NCBI GenBank assembly: GCA_013152035.1
Contig: JAADHB010000026.1
Coordinates: forward strand, 1 to 56,610
Origin: a bacterium
GTDB taxonomy: Bacteria; Patescibacteriota; Minisyncoccia; UBA9983
Length of the DNA stretch: 56,610 bases
Direction: 5' to 3'
The position numbers were made by a program, and so were the translations under genes. This document shows positions 16,272 to 23,859 of the stretch, piece by piece. Below the pieces are notes generated by a model. It was not told where the DNA came from. It did not search any database and saw nothing but the letters and a program-made list of their open reading frames with translations. Position 1 is the stretch's first letter. Every line of letters starts with the position of its first letter.

Positions 16272-16305
16272 AATTCTGTTGCTAATCCAATAATTAACTC
16301 AGCCC

Positions 16306-17289
16306 TTAGTCTTCAAACGGGGTTGGGTTATTTCTGAGCTGTTCGACCTGGAAAATTAAGTTCGCCGTGTATTCGTCACTCTGAACCTCATTTCCCGTAT
16401 CCAACGGAAGGTCCCAAGCCAAACCGAAGTAATAGGTTGTGCTCCCAACCATTCTTCCGTCTTGCGCGAGGCCTTGGCAGAAGCCATAGTTGTCGCTTCC
16501 GTTTGGGTTTCCCGTGCCTATGCTGGTGTCTGTACAGCTTCGCTCATATTCAGCCGAAAGAACACCACTAAGGTCGTTTGTCAGGTTGCCAATCGTTTCG
16601 CTGTTCCAAAATTTCGGACCTTCGTAGTTCTGGTAGATGTTGTCTCCTTCGGTTGGGTCAACCAGCTGGAGGTCATTTTCCCCAGTGCTGTCATTTTCGT
16701 TGGCATAGACAGGATTTCCGTCCGCGTCTGTGTTTTGAAATCCGGGAATCGCCCCTTGGTCAAGCCATCCCGTGAACAGCAAGTTGTCGTCCATTTCGCC
16801 GTCCCCGTCAGGGCTTTCGCAAGTTTTGTCCAACGCTTCCTCCGCCTGGATTTCAGGAGTCGTGCATGTGTTGTCGGCGTCCCTTGTCGGAAATATTACG
16901 AACCTTCCCCACGCGTCGTTGTCATACACATGAAGCGAAATCGTATCCTCTCCGTGGTCTCCCGGCTTCAAGTCCGTGAAGTTAAAGAACTTCTGAACGC
17001 CGTCCTTAAGATTGGTCTCCGTCCATGTTCCGTTACAATCGCTTCCTTGCGTCGGGAACCCTACGGGTACTCCAAACGCGTCCGTATTGCCGGACGGCTG
17101 CCATCCCCCATCTTCGGTACAAACCATACCGTTGTAGTGCGAAACACTGTCCACCTTCAACTCAATCGCCCCGGCGGTAAAAGTGTTTCCGGTTGATGTC
17201 TCGGTGTCGCCATAAAACGCGCCTGTTGCTCCGGCGACTACCGCGCCGACGATGGCGAGCGTCCCAAGACTTAATAATATCTTTTTCAT
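16306..17289 (-). CDS. TasA/camelysin-family secreted protein (candidate major fibre subunit)
   Basis: 327 aa. N-terminal 45 aa are nearly identical to the paralogue at 15159..16271. Motifs FNFTDLKPGDHGEDTISLHV and a C-terminal NEVQSDEYTANLIFQVEQ, as in the last TasA strand. Confidence 0.8.
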   Translation of the reverse strand: MKKILLSLGTLAIVGAVVAGATGAFYGDTETSTGNTFTAGAIELKVDSVSHYNGMVCTEDGGWQPSGNTDAFGVPVGFPTQGSDCNGTWTETNLKDGVQKFFNFTDLKPGDHGEDTISLHVYDNDAWGRFVIFPTRDADNTCTTPEIQAEEALDKTCESPDGDGEMDDNLLFTGWLDQGAIPGFQNTDADGNPVYANENDSTGENDLQLVDPTEGDNIYQNYEGPKFWNSETIGNLTNDLSGVLSAEYERSCTDTSIGTGNPNGSDNYGFCQGLAQDGRMVGSTTYYFGLAWDLPLDTGNEVQSDEYTANLIFQVEQLRNNPTPFED

Positions 17290-17362
17290 AAATTTATTTT
17301 TGTTTAATTATCTGTTAATTTGACTGATAATCCGCTATCGACCCGCCACTTTTTACGCCAAT

Positions 17363-17410
17363 AATCAAATAAAAAACAACCCACCACGGATAGCCCGCAA
17401 TCGGTTGTTT
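17363..17410 (-). terminator. Putative intrinsic terminator between rseP and the TasA-like operon
   Basis: Minus strand: AAACAACC, 21-nt loop, GGUUGUUU, followed by UUUAUUUGAUU. Confidence 0.4.
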
Positions 17411-17553
17411 ATTCGCCAAGGGTGTTGATTTTCGCGATAATTATTGCCCATAAAAATCTGACCTATTTTTATAGTGATAACTCTATATCCCCGGCGTCAG
17501 TTGTCAAGCGCGAAAAAACATTCGAAATTAAAAAAAACGGCTTGTCAAATGCT

Positions 17554-17579
17554 CTAACGGACACAAAAATGTCCGTTAG
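17554..17579. repeat. Palindrome ctaacggaca-caaaaa-tgtccgttag; first of three GGACAC-AAAA boxes
   Basis: 10-bp arms. Related half-sites are cggacacaaaaag (~17611) and aggacactcaaaac (~17630). Confidence 0.7.
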
Positions 17580-17666
17580 GGTTTCGCGAATAATTTTAAG
17601 GGCTTTCTATCGGACACAAAAAGCTCTAAAGGACACTCAAAACGCGAATTTCCAAAAAACGCAAAC

Positions 17667-18719
17667 TTAAAATAATCGCATTATATCTTTGTAGGTGATG
17701 GCGAGCATCAAAAGCAAGAGAAAAATCATTCCCGCGGCGTGAATAATGCCGCTGAGTTTCGGGTTTACGGGCGACCCTTTCGCCTTTTCAATCGCCAAAA
17801 ACAGCAGCCGCCCGCCGTCCAAAGCCGGGAACGGAAGGATGTTTATGATGGCGAGATTGATGGAGAGCATAGCGACAAAACTCAGCAGATAGCCGATGCC
17901 GATTTTCGCCGCCGCCCCGGTGGCTCCGACTATCCCGACCGGACCGAGAACCTGATCAAAACTCGCCAGTCCGCGAAAGGCGTTGACGACAAAATTGAAG
18001 AGTGAAACCGCGATAATAATCGTCAGGTTGTATGTCATCTTGGCGCCCTCCCAAAGGGCGAGATGGACGGGAAGTTTTACCTCTCCGATTTCGTCCATCG
18101 CGACGCCGAGAGATCCGTTGCCGTCTTCCGGCTTGATGTCCGGAACCGCCTCCGCCGAGAAAAATTTATCGCCTCTTTTGTATCTTATCTCCACCCTCTT
18201 CCCTTTGTTTGACGCGATAAATTTCTGCACTTCTTCAATTGAGCTGAACCCGATCAACCGGTCCCCCGCCCGCAAACCCGCCTTCTCGGCGGGCGTCCCT
18301 TTCTGGACTTGGACGACCATAACGCCCACATTTTCAATTTTGGCTCCGGCGGGAGCGGAGCTGGCGCTTGTCGGCATCCCCGCCATAAATCCGGCGGATA
18401 TCAAAAACCACGCCACAATTATATTAAAAACTACACCCGCCGTGAGGACGGCGGCGCGAACCACTGTTGGTTTTGAGGCGAAACTTCGCGAATCGCCCCC
18501 CTCCGTTCCCTCTTCGCCGTGTATTTTCACGAAACCTCCGATTGGAAAAAGATTGAAACTGTAAACAGTCTCCCCTTTCTTGAAGCTGAAAAGGCGGGGC
18601 GGAAAGCCGAACCCGAATTCGTCCACCCTTATTCCGCTTTTTTTGGCAACGATAAAATGCCCGAATTCGTGGGAGAGTATGAGCGCGGCAAGCGCCGCGA
18701 AAAAATAAAGTATCGCCAT
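17667..18719 (-). CDS. rseP: RseP/site-2 protease family M50 zinc metalloprotease
   Basis: 350 aa. HEFGHF motif in TM1, a PDZ-like middle domain, and the LDGG motif. Confidence 0.85.
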   Translation of the reverse strand: MAILYFFAALAALILSHEFGHFIVAKKSGIRVDEFGFGFPPRLFSFKKGETVYSFNLFPIGGFVKIHGEEGTEGGDSRSFASKPTVVRAAVLTAGVVFNIIVAWFLISAGFMAGMPTSASSAPAGAKIENVGVMVVQVQKGTPAEKAGLRAGDRLIGFSSIEEVQKFIASNKGKRVEIRYKRGDKFFSAEAVPDIKPEDGNGSLGVAMDEIGEVKLPVHLALWEGAKMTYNLTIIIAVSLFNFVVNAFRGLASFDQVLGPVGIVGATGAAAKIGIGYLLSFVAMLSINLAIINILPFPALDGGRLLFLAIEKAKGSPVNPKLSGIIHAAGMIFLLLLMLAITYKDIMRLF

Positions 18720-18730
18720 CCGGTTTTTGT

Positions 18731-19279
18731 TTAAGATTTAATCTCCTCCTCTTTTCGCTTCGCCGCCGCCTCCAAGTCTTTCACGATTCCATCCACAATT
18801 TCCTGCAAATCGTCCTTGAAACGGTATTTGTCGTCCTCAGTAATCTCTCCCGCCCTCTCCTTCTCCTGAATATCCTTCCAAATTTCGTCCCTTTCCTGCC
18901 GCAGGGAGATTTTCGCTTCTTCCAGCTTTTCGTTGAGAATTTTTACGAGCGATTTTCTCCGCTCTTCGGTGAGTTCGGGAAGGGCGACGCGAATTGTCTC
19001 CTTGTCCGCTATCGGCTGAACGCCGAGGTTTGAAACGGCAATCGCCTTCTCAATGTCCTTGAGCGATGAAGCGTCCCAAGGAGAAATGCGGATTGTTCTG
19101 GCGTCCTCAACGCTGATGGCGGCAATATGCTTCAACGGAGTCTTCACCCCGTAAGAATCAACGGGTAAGTTCTCCACCAGAGCGGGGGTCGCCATGCCCG
19201 TCCTCAAAACGGAGTACTCTTTCTTGAGCCATTCCTTGATTTCCTCTCCCCTGTTTTTTATTTTTGAAAAGTCATACAT
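18731..19279 (-). CDS. frr: Ribosome recycling factor
   Basis: 182 aa. Typical RRF layout (LPELTEERRK). Confidence 0.93.
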   Translation of the reverse strand: MYDFSKIKNRGEEIKEWLKKEYSVLRTGMATPALVENLPVDSYGVKTPLKHIAAISVEDARTIRISPWDASSLKDIEKAIAVSNLGVQPIADKETIRVALPELTEERRKSLVKILNEKLEEAKISLRQERDEIWKDIQEKERAGEITEDDKYRFKDDLQEIVDGIVKDLEAAAKRKEEEIKS

Positions 19280-19325
19280 AATATCCGTATTTTATCCCGT
19301 TAACGGAATTTTGTCCATACGCCAT

Positions 19326-19336
19326 ATTATACCACA
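19326..19336 (-). promoter_or_regulatory. Extended -10 TGTGGTATAAT upstream of frr
   Basis: Minus strand reads gaagTGTGGTATAATatgg, about 46 nt upstream of the frr ATG. Confidence 0.45.
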
Positions 19337-19343
19337 CTTCCGA

Positions 19344-19389
19344 CGCCTCCGAAGCCTGCCGGAGGCAGGCAGGTCGGACTTCGGAGGCG
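19344..19389. repeat. GC-rich nested hairpin downstream of holB
   Basis: gcctccgaag (19345-54) pairs with cttcggaggc (19379-88). The inner hairpin is cctgcc-gga-ggcagg. Confidence 0.75.
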
Positions 19390-19396
19390 GGAAAAT

Positions 19397-20092
19397 TTAC
19401 AGTATCAGGGCGAGATGCTCCAGAACCATTTTTACGGACGAGCCGCGCGCAGCGAGAAATTCCCGCGATTTGCCGAGCTCCTCCAGCGCCCCGGCTTGGG
19501 CGTCCGTTTTGGGGCTGTTTTCCGCCACTGATTTCTCAAGTTTTTTCGCCATAATCGCCTCCAGTCCGTTCAAAAACTCAATCGCCGCGTTTTTGTCCTT
19601 GCCGATTTTTTTAATCATATCCATTCTTTTGTTCGGCATCGTCTTCAGAAACTCTTCGCAGGCGGCGTTCTCCTCCTCTTTTTTTTGAAATTCAACGGCC
19701 GTCAAACGCGAACGAAGGGTTGGTATCACCGCGTCCTCGGAGGGAACGGCGATAAAGAAATGCGTCCCTTCGGGCGGCTCTTCAAAAAGCTTCAGCAGGG
19801 CGTTGGCGGATTCCATGGTCAGCGAAAACAGTTCAATTATGAAAACTTTTTTATCTCCGGAAAAAGGCCTCAGCAAACTCCTGCTTTTCAATTCGTGGCT
19901 TTCTTTTATCCCGAACAAGTCAAATTTTTGATGGGAAAAGTCCGGGCACGATTCCAGTTTCCCCTCCTCGCGCCCCAGCAAAACGGCGGCCGCCGCGCGG
20001 GCGGCGGCGCGGGCGGCGGCAAAATCGCCGATCAGCAGATAACCGTGGTTTAATTCGCCGTTTTTCGCGTGAGTTTCCAATAAAGAATTCAT
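19397..20092 (-). CDS. holB: DNA polymerase III delta-prime subunit (clamp-loader AAA+)
   Basis: 231 aa. Motifs HGYLLIG and LLKLFEEPPEGTHFFI. Confidence 0.7.
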   Translation of the reverse strand: MNSLLETHAKNGELNHGYLLIGDFAAARAAARAAAAVLLGREEGKLESCPDFSHQKFDLFGIKESHELKSRSLLRPFSGDKKVFIIELFSLTMESANALLKLFEEPPEGTHFFIAVPSEDAVIPTLRSRLTAVEFQKKEEENAACEEFLKTMPNKRMDMIKKIGKDKNAAIEFLNGLEAIMAKKLEKSVAENSPKTDAQAGALEELGKSREFLAARGSSVKMVLEHLALIL

Positions 20093-20166
20093 GGAGCCTG
20101 AGGTCGGATTTGAACCGACGACCTACGCTTTACAAGAGCGTTGCTCTGCCACTGAGCTACTCAGGC
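20092..20166 (-). tRNA. tRNA-Thr (anticodon UGU), CCA encoded
   Basis: Manual cloverleaf: GCCTGAG/TA/GCTC-AGTGGCA-GAGC/A/ACGCT-CTTGTAA-AGCGT/AGGTC/GTCGG-TTCAAAT-CCGAC/CTCAGGC/T/CCA. 75 nt. Confidence 0.9.
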
Positions 20167-20188
20167 AAAATGCCTGTTGCCAAGTTTT

Positions 20189-20566
20189 TTACTCTTCTTT
20201 CAGTCCGTTTTTGAAATCATTCATGCCGTTCCAATACTTGGAACCCCCATTCCCTTTCGGATGGCTTTTGCCGTGAATATAGTCTCCGAACCGCTTGAGT
20301 GTTCTTTCAAACTTCGCCGCGAGCGACGCGAATTTCAAAATAACCCTTTCGGCAAGCGCGTAAAGCAGCGGAGTAATTCTGGACTGCCAATACTTTCCCG
20401 CCGGCGTCAAAACGGAATCGTTGAGCCCCTTCATTATCGGGCTGCTGGAACGGAATTTCTCCAGAAATTCGCCTTCCGGCATCAACCTGACTTTAAGCAA
20501 GCGTCTCCCGAAAATAACAACCATACCAATTCCCGAAAGAGACGCCGCCGTAATTAGATATATCAT
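20189..20566 (-). CDS. Hypothetical single-TM protein
   Basis: 125-aa ORF with an N-terminal TM helix. No family recognised. Confidence 0.5.
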   Translation of the reverse strand: MIYLITAASLSGIGMVVIFGRRLLKVRLMPEGEFLEKFRSSSPIMKGLNDSVLTPAGKYWQSRITPLLYALAERVILKFASLAAKFERTLKRFGDYIHGKSHPKGNGGSKYWNGMNDFKNGLKEE

Positions 20567-20575
20567 AGAAATGAA

Positions 20576-21166
20576 TTAAGAAATACTGAACCTCTTAAAT
20601 CGCGTTATCTCAATGTTTTCCCCGAATTTTTGTATCACCTCCTTAATGTAATCCCCAATCGTGATATCCGGATTTTTGACGTAATCCTGCTCCAAAAGGA
20701 CGCGTTCTTTGAGATAAGTGTCCATTTTGCCCTCCAAGATTTTCTCTTTTATGTCTTGCGGCTTGTCAATCTTGCTTATTTCCTCTTCAAAAATCCTTTT
20801 TATCTCCTCTTTTGATTCTTCGGAAACATCGTCAAGGGAAACATAAAGCGGGTCCGCCGCCGCGATGTGCAGGGCGATATTGTGGGCAAAATCCAGAAAC
20901 ATCTCGTTTTTGCCGACAAAGTCCGTTTCGCACCTCGCCTCAACCAACACTCCCACCTGCCTGTTGGAATGCACATACGCCTCAACCGTTCCGGCGTTCA
21001 ACGCCCTGTCGGATTTTTTCTCGGCAACCTTGGCGCCCTCCTTGCGGAGAAAAAGCGCCGCCTTTTCCATATCGCCTTCGGCTTTTTCAAGCGCTTTCTT
21101 GCACGCCATTATTGAAACATCCGTTTTGTCGCGAAGCTCTTTTATTTTTTCTGAAGTTATCGCCAT
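20576..21166 (-). CDS. tsf: Elongation factor Ts (short form)
   Basis: 196 aa. UBA-like N-terminus (IKELRDKTDVSIMACKKALE) and the ETDFV motif. Confidence 0.93.
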   Translation of the reverse strand: MAITSEKIKELRDKTDVSIMACKKALEKAEGDMEKAALFLRKEGAKVAEKKSDRALNAGTVEAYVHSNRQVGVLVEARCETDFVGKNEMFLDFAHNIALHIAAADPLYVSLDDVSEESKEEIKRIFEEEISKIDKPQDIKEKILEGKMDTYLKERVLLEQDYVKNPDITIGDYIKEVIQKFGENIEITRFKRFSIS

Positions 21167-21195
21167 ATTATTGTTATATTTTTTAACGCCAATAA

Positions 21196-22074
21196 TTAAG
21201 CCGCCTCTTTTTCCTCTCCGCCGTTTTCTTTTTTCTCGCCTTCTCCGGCTTTTTCCTCGTCCTTTTTCTCCTCCTCTTTTTTAATTTCCTTTTCCCTTTC
21301 TTCAAGCCCCTCTTTATATGATTCAACGATTTCTTTAAGGAAAAACTCCACGCTCGCGATGGAGTTATCATTCGCCGGTATGGGGTAATTCGCGTCGTCA
21401 GGATCGCAGTCGCTGTTCATTATTCCAACCACCGGAATGCTCGTTTTTTTCGCCTCCACGACGGAAATATTCTCCTTTCTCGTGTCAATGACAACCAACG
21501 CCGAGGGTAATGTTTTCAGCTGCTCCAGCCCGGAAAAGAATTGCCTGAGGCGGGCAATCTTTCTGCTGATTTGCAGGCGTTCTTTTTTTGTGTATTTTTC
21601 AAGCTCTCCGGAATCCCTTTTCTGCATCAATTCCTCCATATGGTCCCTTCTCTTTTTAATCTCACCGAAATTGGTAAGCGTCCCCCCAATCCACCGCTCC
21701 GTGACAAAAGGCGCGTTCGCTTCTTTGGCGTACTTTCTCACCAAATCCTTTATTTCCGGCTTTGTTCCGGCAAAAAGAATCTGTTTTCCTTCTTTGCCGA
21801 GGCCTTTAATAAATTCCTTCGCCTCGTCAAGTTTTTTTCCGGTTTTATCAAGGTCAAAGACCTCCACATTATTGCGAAGCCCAAAAAGAAACCTTTTCAT
21901 TTTAGGATTTCTGCTTGAACGGGAATATCCGAAATGCGCGCCGGCTTTGAACATTTCCTCAAGCCTGCCCGCCTGCCTGTCCGGCAGGTCCGCCGGTGAG
22001 GCGGATAGGTCCGCCACGGCCGGGGGATATTCCTTGTTTGTCGGTACACTGATTGTTTCGTCTAATGTTTGCAT
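21196..22074 (-). CDS. rpsB: 30S ribosomal protein S2 with N-terminal (~30 aa) and K/E-rich C-terminal extensions
   Basis: 292 aa. Core motifs AGAHFGY...NPKM and VVIDTRKE. Confidence 0.93.
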   Translation of the reverse strand: MQTLDETISVPTNKEYPPAVADLSASPADLPDRQAGRLEEMFKAGAHFGYSRSSRNPKMKRFLFGLRNNVEVFDLDKTGKKLDEAKEFIKGLGKEGKQILFAGTKPEIKDLVRKYAKEANAPFVTERWIGGTLTNFGEIKKRRDHMEELMQKRDSGELEKYTKKERLQISRKIARLRQFFSGLEQLKTLPSALVVIDTRKENISVVEAKKTSIPVVGIMNSDCDPDDANYPIPANDNSIASVEFFLKEIVESYKEGLEEREKEIKKEEEKKDEEKAGEGEKKENGGEEKEAA

Positions 22075-22146
22075 TTCAATAATTTAGCAAAATTCCAAAA
22101 TAAACGCAAGCATTTTTGCATTTTACCGTTTAGAGTTTTGGTTTTT

Positions 22147-23439
22147 TTATATCTCCTCCCAGCCCGGCTCAAGTGTTTCTACGTTCAATGGAATGGACAC
22201 GAACCTGTCTATTCCTCCCCCCGTCGCGTTGATTGTGACGATGTAAAGCCCGTTGGGAATACTTCCGTCAACATTCAGACTGAAATCAACACCGCTCGTG
22301 TAATCGTACGGAATGATGCCGTCAGCGGGATTAAAATTACCAACGAAACTGCTTGTCACTTCAATTCCGTTTGAACTGGTCACGCTTCCCAGAGAAAGAG
22401 TAACATCACTGGTGAAATTGACATCACCGGTTATTGAAAGCGTAATTGTGTTTGTGGTAACGCTTCGCCCGCTGACAATGGTCGCGTAAAGCGAACCGCC
22501 CGTATAAGAAACGGTGTAGTCCTGAACGGCGGGACAAGCCACCGCCGTGTCTCCGGCAACATTGGAGTAGCCCGAACTTCCGGCGGCATTATAGGCGTAA
22601 ACCCTGTAGTAATAGTCGCCGGCGGCGATGCCCGTGTCCGTGTAATTTGTTGAGTTGGCGGCAAGATCGGCGACAGTGTCGGGGAAGGTGACGCCGTCCA
22701 CGCCTCTTTCAATTTTATATCCGTCTTCGTTGTCCGCGTTGTCAGTCCACGCCAAAGCGATTGTCTCGCAAGCGCCGCCCGTTCCCGCCAATGCCGTGAG
22801 GCCTGAAGGATCAACGGGGACATTATCGTCAGACTCGCTGTTGTCATTCGGACCGACACAGCCGGGATCGTCCGGGAAGTCAGTTAAAGTGTCTCCATCG
22901 TTGTCTAAGCCGTCAGAACACTCCGGGTTAAGAGAGACGGCGTAACCGGAACCGCTGAAAGAAATCCATCCGACAACATTGGAAGCCCACGCCCAACCGG
23001 AAAAATTACTGGTGCTTTGATTAAATTCAACGCCGTAAGAGCTGCCGTCGCTCGCCGTCCCGGACATGCTAATCCAGCCGTCCCAGCCGCTCGCGGCATC
23101 ACCCGCCACCGCCTTCGCCCATCCGGTGACCGCTCCCGTTGACTTGCTGAGAAAAGCGCCTCCGGGGTTGCCGTCGGGAGCCGTCTCAGCCGTCGGAGCG
23201 AAATCAATCCATCCAATGTTCTCGGACCAAGCGTAACCGGAAAAATCGCCGGTGGCATTATCAATGAAAACTCCTCCGAAATCCGGAGCGAATTGAATCC
23301 AGCCGATTGTGTCCGACCACGCCCAGCCCATCACCGCCTTAGTGGCGGCTTTAACCGCAAAAACCCCGACGAACGCGAAAGCCGCGATTGACAGCGAAAC
23401 AGCGGAAGCGATAAACAGCTTTTTTATTTTTTTATTCAT
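22147..23439 (-). CDS. Secreted/anchored protein: four Trp-rich GW(A)WS..IGWI.F repeats, a Cys-flanked DNDGD motif, an Fn3 domain and an Ig-like domain
   Basis: Start set at ATG 23439 (MNKKIKKLFIASAVSLSIAAFAF). Repeats: GWAWSDTIGWIQF, GYAWSENIGWIDF, SGWDGWISM and GWAWASNVVGWISF. Also CSDGLDNDGDTLTDFPDDPGC, and an Fn3 with YYYRVYAYN. Confidence 0.75.
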   Translation of the reverse strand: MNKKIKKLFIASAVSLSIAAFAFVGVFAVKAATKAVMGWAWSDTIGWIQFAPDFGGVFIDNATGDFSGYAWSENIGWIDFAPTAETAPDGNPGGAFLSKSTGAVTGWAKAVAGDAASGWDGWISMSGTASDGSSYGVEFNQSTSNFSGWAWASNVVGWISFSGSGYAVSLNPECSDGLDNDGDTLTDFPDDPGCVGPNDNSESDDNVPVDPSGLTALAGTGGACETIALAWTDNADNEDGYKIERGVDGVTFPDTVADLAANSTNYTDTGIAAGDYYYRVYAYNAAGSSGYSNVAGDTAVACPAVQDYTVSYTGGSLYATIVSGRSVTTNTITLSITGDVNFTSDVTLSLGSVTSSNGIEVTSSFVGNFNPADGIIPYDYTSGVDFSLNVDGSIPNGLYIVTINATGGGIDRFVSIPLNVETLEPGWEEI

Positions 23440-23504
23440 TACCGTAATTATACAGGAAAAAACCTCGGCAAGAAACCGGGGTGTGGATAACCGCCGGACC
23501 CGCC

Positions 23505-23531
23505 CCACTTGGAGGCCGAGCCTCCAAGTGG
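23505..23531. repeat. Family-1 palindrome (variant loop), 13 nt downstream of a TGTGGATAA box
   Basis: ccacttggagg-ccgag-cctccaagtgg. TGTGGATAA lies at 23482-23490. Confidence 0.85.
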
Positions 23532-23544
23532 TTAGCCGGGCGCC

Positions 23545-23573
23545 TTGCAAAAGGGCGCGATTGGTGATAGTAT
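23545..23573 (+). promoter_or_regulatory. Promoter of rpmE
   Basis: TTGCAA, 17-nt spacer, (TGa)TAGTAT, 9 nt before the ATG at 23583. Confidence 0.5.
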
Positions 23574-23582
23574 GAGAGCATT

Positions 23583-23792
23583 ATGAAGAAAGACATTCAT
23601 CCAAAATACTTCGCGGACGCGGTTATAAAATGCGCTTGCGGAAATGAAATAAAAGCGGGGTCCACCAGAGAAAAAACCGAGGTGGAGATTTGCGGCGCCT
23701 GCCACCCGTTTTTTACCGGCAAAAAGAAGGTCATTGACACCGCCGGAAGGGTTGAGAAATTCAAACAAAGGATGGCGAAAGCAAAAGCCTAA
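23583..23792 (+). CDS. rpmE: 50S ribosomal protein L31
   Basis: 69 aa. MKKDIHPKY..., with a C..C...C..CHPF zinc ribbon. Confidence 0.93.
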   Translation: MKKDIHPKYFADAVIKCACGNEIKAGSTREKTEVEICGACHPFFTGKKKVIDTAGRVEKFKQRMAKAKA

Positions 23793-23859
23793 AACATCAG
23801 AATTTGGGATTTAACCATTGTTTCGGATTTCGATATTCTGATTTTGAATTTTAACTATT

